From assembly GCA_947457565.1 (NCBI GenBank), contig CANGWH010000003.1:1764-65763 (forward strand): a DNA stretch of 64,000 nt. The letters are read 5' to 3'. The position numbers and the translations under genes are program-made. The notes beneath the pieces were generated by a model. The model ran no database searches. It was given only the letters and a program-made list of their open reading frames with translations, and was not told the origin of the DNA. Positions 57,653 to 64,000 of this stretch are shown piece by piece. Numbering within the stretch: position 1 is the stretch's first letter; each line of letters begins with the position of its first letter. This stretch comes from Flavobacteriales bacterium (lineage in GTDB: Bacteria > Bacteroidota > Bacteroidia > NS11-12g > UBA955).

Positions 57653-59986
57653 TTAAAATTGTATGCGATAAAAAGCAGATGGAACAAACTGAAAATAGCT
57701 AGTACCTTGTAATCGAACCAAGCCATTTGATTCTATTTCAATTTGAGCAAACATTGGATTAAACCAATTCATCACATTGTAGATATGAATGCCATAAAAC
57801 TCCTCATAACCTCTTCGCATAAACGGTTTAATTTGTTTAATAAATCCAATATCAATGCGTTTATAGGCAGGCATCCTATAATTGTTTTTCATTGTATAAT
57901 CATATACAATCCTATTATCGGCTGATAAGTATTTACCTGTTGGTACCGTCTGTAGATTACCACTCATGAATACACCTGCAATATTGATTTTAAAAGCATT
58001 AGAAGCTTGAATTGTTAATTGCAATTTACCTTGATGTGGTCTATCCCAACGGTATGGGAATGGTTGATTTTCATTGATGAATTCAAATTGACGTTGCGTT
58101 TTTGAATATGTATAACCCGCTACTCCGGTAATAACTCCTGTTCTTTTTGAAAGCAGCATTTCAAAACCGTATGAATTTCCTTTACCTTGAGTTATTGATC
58201 TTTCCCAATAGTTTGGCAATAGTGGATCTTCTTCAATACCGGTTAAATCGGTGATTCCATTAAAGCCTTTGTAGTATACCTCGGCAGATAATTCTGTTCC
58301 TTTTGCTACTGGTTTAATAAATGCACCACTAATTTGAGTGGTCCTCTGCGGTCTGAAATTCTCACCACTAGGGAACCAAATATCCGCGGGTAAAATGCCA
58401 TTTACACTAGAAAGCTGATGCAGTCCTTGATTACTTACGCCTAATCCTAGTTGAATTCTATTTTTTCCTTCTAATAATTGCGACAATGTAATTCTTGGTT
58501 CTGGTCTAATCCAAATTCGCTTAGCAGTGAAAAAACTCCACAATCGCATACCTAGATTTATACTTAAGCCCGCATTTGGGTGCATATCTACTTCCCCATA
58601 ATTTGCCCATTCAACTACTGTTTGTTGATTCGCTAAACCGTAATTTTCTGTTGTGGAAGGATTGTTTCCGTCTTTGGAGACAATCTCTGTTCTTCCAGGC
58701 TTAAGAGCATGGATAGCCAATTGGCTACCATAATTTATTGAATATTGATGGGAGTAAATATAACTAAAATCTCCATTTACGTGAAAGTCTGTTATTGAAT
58801 TACTGTATGTCTCGCTATATTCCGCAGATCTTTTTGAGGTATCAGTGGTAATAGAACCGTTTAAACCAAATAGAGAATTATATTTATACCTAGTAATACC
58901 TGCTGTTATTGATCCAAAATGATTAGAATTAAACTCGTGTGACCATCGTACGCCGGCCAATGTATTTTGCCAGCTCGTGATTAATTTTAGTCCAATATCT
59001 AATAACCTACCCAAAGAATCTGTTTCAGAAATTGTCTGTTGTAACCCAAATTTATCACGGCCATTATATGCCCAAAAACTCCACTGTGTTTTTTGACTTT
59101 CTTTGTAATCAACTTTTGCATTGATATCGTGGGTATTTCCTATAAATGGCGCATCTGGCCCAGTACTACCTAATAACCAATCTAAATAACTTCGTCTTAT
59201 TCCTATGGAAGCAGTAACCTTCCCTCGATGATCCAAAGGGCCATTAGCGACCGCATTGGCAGAAATTAAATCCATATGCATTAATCCTGTCCAAGATACA
59301 GCATTACCACCTGCCATTTGTACATCTAAAACACCACCGCCCGCTCTCCCACCATACCTTGCTGGAGCCACACCGCGATAAAAATCAGCAGATTTAATAA
59401 TTTCGGGGTTAAAGTTGGATAAAAAGCCCCATAAATGACCATTTCCATACAATGGCATACCATTCATCATTTGTAAACTCTGATCTGGATTACTTCCCCG
59501 AACTACTAGACCTGCCAAACCTTCAATACCTCCAGTAACCCCAGGTAAAAATTGCAAATATTTTACTGGATCGTTAACGCTCAATACCGAAGGAGCTTCA
59601 ATGATTTGTTTTCTACGCGGCGAATAAAATGATGTTTTTTGATTGTATAAACTTAGCAATTCTTCCGCAGAATCTAATTCATCAAAACGAACCGGGATTA
59701 AAAACAAATTTTTTGTAACACTGGCTTCTACTTCAACCAAAACCATGATTGGTCGATAGCCCGGTGCAGCAACAGCAATAGTTTTATCTCCACGTGTTGT
59801 GGGTAGTTGATAATATCCACTTGTATTCGATTGTGCGTTTTCATTGGTTACTGTATTAACAATTACAGCTCCAGGAATGGTTTCTAACGTTTCTTTGTCG
59901 TACACCCATCCAGTGATGGCTGGTACCTGACCAAACAATGAATGACCTGAAAATCCTATGATAAATACTAGGGCCTTTTTAAACAT
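57653..59986 (-). CDS. TonB-dependent outer-membrane receptor with N-terminal carboxypeptidase-regulatory-like domain
   Basis: LQFLPGV, VRGSNPDQ, PARYGGR plug motifs; PEPR, GNSYGFE; C-terminal YRIQF. Confidence 0.88.
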   Translation of the reverse strand: MFKKALVFIIGFSGHSLFGQVPAITGWVYDKETLETIPGAVIVNTVTNENAQSNTSGYYQLPTTRGDKTIAVAAPGYRPIMVLVEVEASVTKNLFLIPVRFDELDSAEELLSLYNQKTSFYSPRRKQIIEAPSVLSVNDPVKYLQFLPGVTGGIEGLAGLVVRGSNPDQSLQMMNGMPLYGNGHLWGFLSNFNPEIIKSADFYRGVAPARYGGRAGGGVLDVQMAGGNAVSWTGLMHMDLISANAVANGPLDHRGKVTASIGIRRSYLDWLLGSTGPDAPFIGNTHDINAKVDYKESQKTQWSFWAYNGRDKFGLQQTISETDSLGRLLDIGLKLITSWQNTLAGVRWSHEFNSNHFGSITAGITRYKYNSLFGLNGSITTDTSKRSAEYSETYSNSITDFHVNGDFSYIYSHQYSINYGSQLAIHALKPGRTEIVSKDGNNPSTTENYGLANQQTVVEWANYGEVDMHPNAGLSINLGMRLWSFFTAKRIWIRPEPRITLSQLLEGKNRIQLGLGVSNQGLHQLSSVNGILPADIWFPSGENFRPQRTTQISGAFIKPVAKGTELSAEVYYKGFNGITDLTGIEEDPLLPNYWERSITQGKGNSYGFEMLLSKRTGVITGVAGYTYSKTQRQFEFINENQPFPYRWDRPHQGKLQLTIQASNAFKINIAGVFMSGNLQTVPTGKYLSADNRIVYDYTMKNNYRMPAYKRIDIGFIKQIKPFMRRGYEEFYGIHIYNVMNWFNPMFAQIEIESNGLVRLQGTSYFQFVPSAFYRIQF

Positions 59987-60045
59987 TTACTACAAAATTA
60001 AGGAATGTACGTTTGTTTGTTAAGAATTGCAATTAAAATAAACGT

Positions 60046-60408
60046 TTAAATTGGATAATTAAATTCTTCTTCTATTCCAACATAATTCAATTGAAGTCCT
60101 ATTTTATGCTGCAATTCCTTCTCTATCTTAATTTTTATTTGTTTTATCTTAAAATCACTATAAAAAATGTCAATCTCTTTAGCGATATCGGAAGCAAGGG
60201 TTTCCAAAAGTTTGTATTCGTTGTTTGAAACTGCTTGTACTATCTCTGCAATTTTCAGATAGTCAATCGTTTCTATTAAATTATCGGTGTACAATGAACT
60301 GCTGAAATTTACCGACAATGAAACAAATAATTCTACGCCCTCTTTTCTTTCGGCTTCGTACCAGCCAATTGGACCACTAATGCGCAATCGTTCAATAAAT
60401 ACTATCAT
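60046..60408 (-). CDS. folB: Dihydroneopterin aldolase
   Basis: IGWYEAER, TIDY, KLLETLA, IKIEK. Confidence 0.85.
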   Translation of the reverse strand: MIVFIERLRISGPIGWYEAERKEGVELFVSLSVNFSSSLYTDNLIETIDYLKIAEIVQAVSNNEYKLLETLASDIAKEIDIFYSDFKIKQIKIKIEKELQHKIGLQLNYVGIEEEFNYPI

Positions 60409-60482
60409 TGGTATATTGTTAACAGGTTATTTAAGATAAATGAAATAAAGTTATGTAGTTTTGCATTACAAGCATAAATAAT

Positions 60483-61691
60483 ATGAATGTAGAAGAACTC
60501 AAATCAATGAATCAAGGCAAAGATCGTTACTCAGCGCCTGATTTTTATACTATTGATGAATTCTTGACGGAAGAACAAAAATTAATTCGTTCTTCTGTAA
60601 GAGATTGGGTAAAAAAAGAATTAAGTCCAATTATTGAGCATTATGCTCAAGAAGCTACATTTCCTAGACATTTAGTAAAAGAATTAGGGGCAATTGGTGC
60701 ATTCGGACCACAATTACCGGTAGAATATGGATGTGGAGGTATGGATTACACTACCTATGGAATAATAATGCAGGAACTTGAGCGATGTGATAGCGGTATT
60801 CGTTCTACGGCCTCCGTGCAGGGTTCGTTAGTAATGTACCCTATTTATAAGTTTGGAAGTGAAGAGCAGAAACACAAGTTTTTACCAAAATTGGCAAGTG
60901 GAGAAATGCTCGGATGTTTTGGATTAACCGAACCGGATCATGGTTCTAATCCTGGTGGAATGGTTACGAAATTTGAAGACAAAGGAGATCATTATTTGCT
61001 CAATGGTGCGAAAATGTGGATTAGCAATGCCCCTTTTGCCGACGTAGCTGTTGTTTGGGCGAAAAACGAGCAAGGGGTAATACACGGATTAATTGTGGAA
61101 CGCGGAATGGAAGGATTTACCACCCCCGAAACCCATAATAAGTGGAGCTTAAGAGCAAGTGCTACGGGTGAATTGGTGTTTGATAATGTCAGGGTTCCCA
61201 AAGAAAATTTATTGCCTGGGGTTACAGGGTTAAAAGGTCCCTTAACTTGTTTAAATTCTGCAAGGTACGGAATTTCTTGGGGGGCCTTAGGTGCAGCTAT
61301 GGATTGTTATGATACTGCATTAAGGTATTCGAAGCAACGTGAACAATTTGGCAAGCCCATTGCAGGTTTTCAGTTACAACAGAAGAAATTAAGTGAAATG
61401 ATTACCGAAATCACCAAAGCTCAACTTTTGGTTTGGCGATTAGGGGTATTAATGGATAATGGAAAAGCTACACCAGCACAGATTTCAATGGCAAAACGAA
61501 ACAACGTTGAAATTGCTTTGAACGTTGCTCGTGAGGCTCGTCAAATGTTGGGCGGCATGGGGATTACTGGAGAATTTCCAATTATGCGACATATGATGAA
61601 CTTAGAAAGCGTGGTTACCTACGAAGGAACCCACGATATTCATTTATTAATTCTAGGTATGGAAATTACCGGAGAAAATGCATTTATGTAA
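60483..61691 (+). CDS. gcdH: Acyl-CoA dehydrogenase, glutaryl-CoA dehydrogenase-like
   Basis: ELERCDSGIRS, GCFGLTEPDHGS, SLRASATG, TYEGTHDIH. Confidence 0.85.
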   Translation: MNVEELKSMNQGKDRYSAPDFYTIDEFLTEEQKLIRSSVRDWVKKELSPIIEHYAQEATFPRHLVKELGAIGAFGPQLPVEYGCGGMDYTTYGIIMQELERCDSGIRSTASVQGSLVMYPIYKFGSEEQKHKFLPKLASGEMLGCFGLTEPDHGSNPGGMVTKFEDKGDHYLLNGAKMWISNAPFADVAVVWAKNEQGVIHGLIVERGMEGFTTPETHNKWSLRASATGELVFDNVRVPKENLLPGVTGLKGPLTCLNSARYGISWGALGAAMDCYDTALRYSKQREQFGKPIAGFQLQQKKLSEMITEITKAQLLVWRLGVLMDNGKATPAQISMAKRNNVEIALNVAREARQMLGGMGITGEFPIMRHMMNLESVVTYEGTHDIHLLILGMEITGENAFM

Positions 61692-61709
61692 TAACGATTT
61701 TATAAGATT

Positions 61710-63113
61710 ATGTATCAAATTAAATTTGGAACTGACGGATGGCGGGAGATTATTGCTAGAGATTTTACCGTTACAAATGTTCGAAGAGTGGCGCAAGCAA
61801 CGGCTAAATGGTTAAACAATAGCAATTTACCCAAATACTGTGTAGTGGGTTATGATTGCCGATTTGGTGGAGAAATGTTTGCCCAAGAAACTGCTATGCA
61901 ATTAGCAGACGCAGGTATTAAAGTTAGTATCTCTACAGGATTTGTTTCTACCCCAATGATTTCATTAGCAGCCAATAAAGGTAATGCGGGTGCAGGTATA
62001 ATTATAACTGCATCGCATAATCCCCCTGCGTACAATGGCTATAAAATTAAAGCAAATTATGGTGGTCCAGCAACGCCAGAAGAAGTTTCAAAAGTTGAGG
62101 CATTAATAGAAGAAGTTGAAATTATTCCTAAACACAATTTCGATTGGTATCTTGATAATGGTATTGTTTCCTTTTTGGATATGGAGACTATGTATGCCAA
62201 TCATGCGAGAGACAATTTCGATATGAATGCCTTAGAAAAAATGGCATCATCGTTAGTTTACGATGCAATGTATGGCGCTGGACAACGAATAGTTAAACAG
62301 TTGATGCCTAACGCTGAGATATTACATGGACATTACAATCCTGGTTTTAAAGGAAGAGCTCCAGAGCCTATTTTAAAGAATTTACCAGAAATTGGTCCAA
62401 TGATCGCATCCAATCCTAACTTCAAATGTGGACTAGCAACGGATGGAGATGCTGATAGAATAGGTTTTTTTGATGAGCATGGTAATTTTGTAGATAGCCA
62501 CCACCTTATTTTATTGCTTATTGAATATTTAACTCAACACAAAGGACTTTCTGGTAAGGTAGTTAAAAGCTTTAGCGTAAGTGATAAGATTCAGAAATTA
62601 TGTGAATTAAGAGGTCTAGAGTCAATTACTACCAAAATTGGATTTAAATACATCTGCGAATACATGGTAACGGATGATGTATTAATTGGTGCTGAAGAAA
62701 GTGGTGGAATTGCAATTAAAGGACATATTCCAGAAAGAGATGGGGTTTGGATGGGATTGGTAATAATGGAATATATGGCCAAATCAGGAAAAACAGTTTC
62801 TGAATTGATTCAAGATGTTTATCAATTAGTGGGTTCTTTTGCGGTTGAACGATATGATTTACACTTAAATAATGACTTGAAGAATTTAATTGTAAACAAT
62901 TGTAAATCAAATAATTATTCAAAATTTGGAAACTATACCATTGTAGCTCTCGAAGATGTAGATGGATATAAATTCAGATTGGATACCGGTGATTGGGTAA
63001 TGATTAGACCTAGTGGAACAGAACCTGTTTTGCGTGTTTATGCAGAAGCTTCAAATTCCCAAAAGGCATTTGAGATTTTAGATGCGACAAAAGCAGCAAT
63101 TTTAGGAGAATAA
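61710..63113 (+). CDS. Phosphoglucomutase/phosphomannomutase family protein
   Basis: FGTDGWR, TASHNP, DGDADR, GAEESGG, RPSGTEP. Confidence 0.93.
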   Translation: MYQIKFGTDGWREIIARDFTVTNVRRVAQATAKWLNNSNLPKYCVVGYDCRFGGEMFAQETAMQLADAGIKVSISTGFVSTPMISLAANKGNAGAGIIITASHNPPAYNGYKIKANYGGPATPEEVSKVEALIEEVEIIPKHNFDWYLDNGIVSFLDMETMYANHARDNFDMNALEKMASSLVYDAMYGAGQRIVKQLMPNAEILHGHYNPGFKGRAPEPILKNLPEIGPMIASNPNFKCGLATDGDADRIGFFDEHGNFVDSHHLILLLIEYLTQHKGLSGKVVKSFSVSDKIQKLCELRGLESITTKIGFKYICEYMVTDDVLIGAEESGGIAIKGHIPERDGVWMGLVIMEYMAKSGKTVSELIQDVYQLVGSFAVERYDLHLNNDLKNLIVNNCKSNNYSKFGNYTIVALEDVDGYKFRLDTGDWVMIRPSGTEPVLRVYAEASNSQKAFEILDATKAAILGE

Positions 63114-63123
63114 ATCATGCTAT

Positions 63124-63975
63124 ATGGAGGGGAAAAATGAAAACGAACTACCGCTGTTACAAGTTGATATAGAGGCGGTTTTAAAACATAAATTCCCAAA
63201 GAACCATAAATTTATACCTAAGTTTATCGTAAAATGGCTGTATGATTTTTTTCATCTGGACATAATTAACAGTGTACTGTTAAATTATCGCAATATTCGT
63301 GGAGGTAAGTTTGTAGAAAAGGTGTTACAACACATGAATATTACGCTCAATGTTCATGGACTTGAAAACCTACCCACTACTGGCGGCGTAATTGTTGTTG
63401 CCAATCATCCAATGGGTGGATTGGATGCCATGTGTTTATTAAAGGCTATCTCAGATGTTAGAGATGACTTGAAGGTTATTGCTAATGAAATAGTCACCCA
63501 TATACCCCAAATCCAAGAACAATGCACAGGGGTAAATAAACTCGGAAAAACGAACAAAGAGGCGCTAAAGAACGTAGACAAATTATACGAAGCTGGCGGT
63601 GTTATTGAAGTATTTCCTGCTGGCCTTTGTAGTAGAAAGGTTGATGGTAAAATCATTGATTTAGAATGGCAAAAAAGCTTTATTACTAAGGCATTACAGT
63701 ACCAATTGGTTATTTTACCCGTATACATAGATGGTTCTAATTCCAATAAATTTTATACCCTCGCCAAGATTCGTAGATTCTTTAAAATAAAATTCAATTT
63801 GGAAATGATGTTATTGCCTAGTGAATTATACAAACAGATGAATATGAGTGTTAATCTGTATTTTGGTAAACCTATACCTCATACCCGATTTTCAAAGAAT
63901 AAAGCATGGGTTCAAGCTCAAGAGTTAAAAGAATTTGTATACACATTGGCCGAAGACCGCAATCAGATTTTCTAA
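63124..63975 (+). CDS. PlsC-like acyltransferase (glycerolipid or amino-lipid O-acyltransferase)
   Basis: VANHPMGGLD (HX4D), FPAGLCSR, DLEWQKSFI, LPVY. Confidence 0.82.
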   Translation: MEGKNENELPLLQVDIEAVLKHKFPKNHKFIPKFIVKWLYDFFHLDIINSVLLNYRNIRGGKFVEKVLQHMNITLNVHGLENLPTTGGVIVVANHPMGGLDAMCLLKAISDVRDDLKVIANEIVTHIPQIQEQCTGVNKLGKTNKEALKNVDKLYEAGGVIEVFPAGLCSRKVDGKIIDLEWQKSFITKALQYQLVILPVYIDGSNSNKFYTLAKIRRFFKIKFNLEMMLLPSELYKQMNMSVNLYFGKPIPHTRFSKNKAWVQAQELKEFVYTLAEDRNQIF

Positions 63976-64000
63976 ATTCTGAATAGTTGTTTTTTTGTAT

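Noticed and set aside
1-64000. Mobile elements, prophage, defence systems, CRISPR arrays
   Set aside because: No transposase, integrase, phage, restriction or cas genes and no regularly spaced repeats were seen

Overview
An AT-rich chromosomal segment from a Bacteroidota bacterium. The assignment rests on TAnnTTTG -7 promoters, T9SS C-terminal-domain cargo proteins, a fused ccoNO, and gyrA-TPR and serC-serA-DUF1015 synteny; the family cannot be assigned from this window. Content is mostly core metabolism: a partial heptose kinase, aspartate aminotransferase, a membrane pyrophosphatase, nuoIJKLMN, serine biosynthesis, a complete cbb3 oxidase cluster with an FNR-like regulator (including two small ORFs, ccoS and ccoQ, missed by the ORF track), tRNA-Val(TAC), hmgA, gyrA, uvrA, folB, an acyl-CoA dehydrogenase and a phosphomannomutase. 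Several secreted or surface proteins are also present. I saw no mobile elements, CRISPR arrays or defence islands. The most notable items are a probable chromosomal dif site (43933-43960), an ArsR regulator ending in a perfect beta-clamp-binding motif (QLSLF), a 16-Cys tail on the pyrophosphatase, a gingipain-like T9SS protein with a substituted catalytic dyad, a ligand-less hemerythrin/RIC-like gene heading the cbb3 cluster, tandem FNR-type boxes, and many apparently leaderless transcripts. All calls are from motif reading by eye; no database searches were run.
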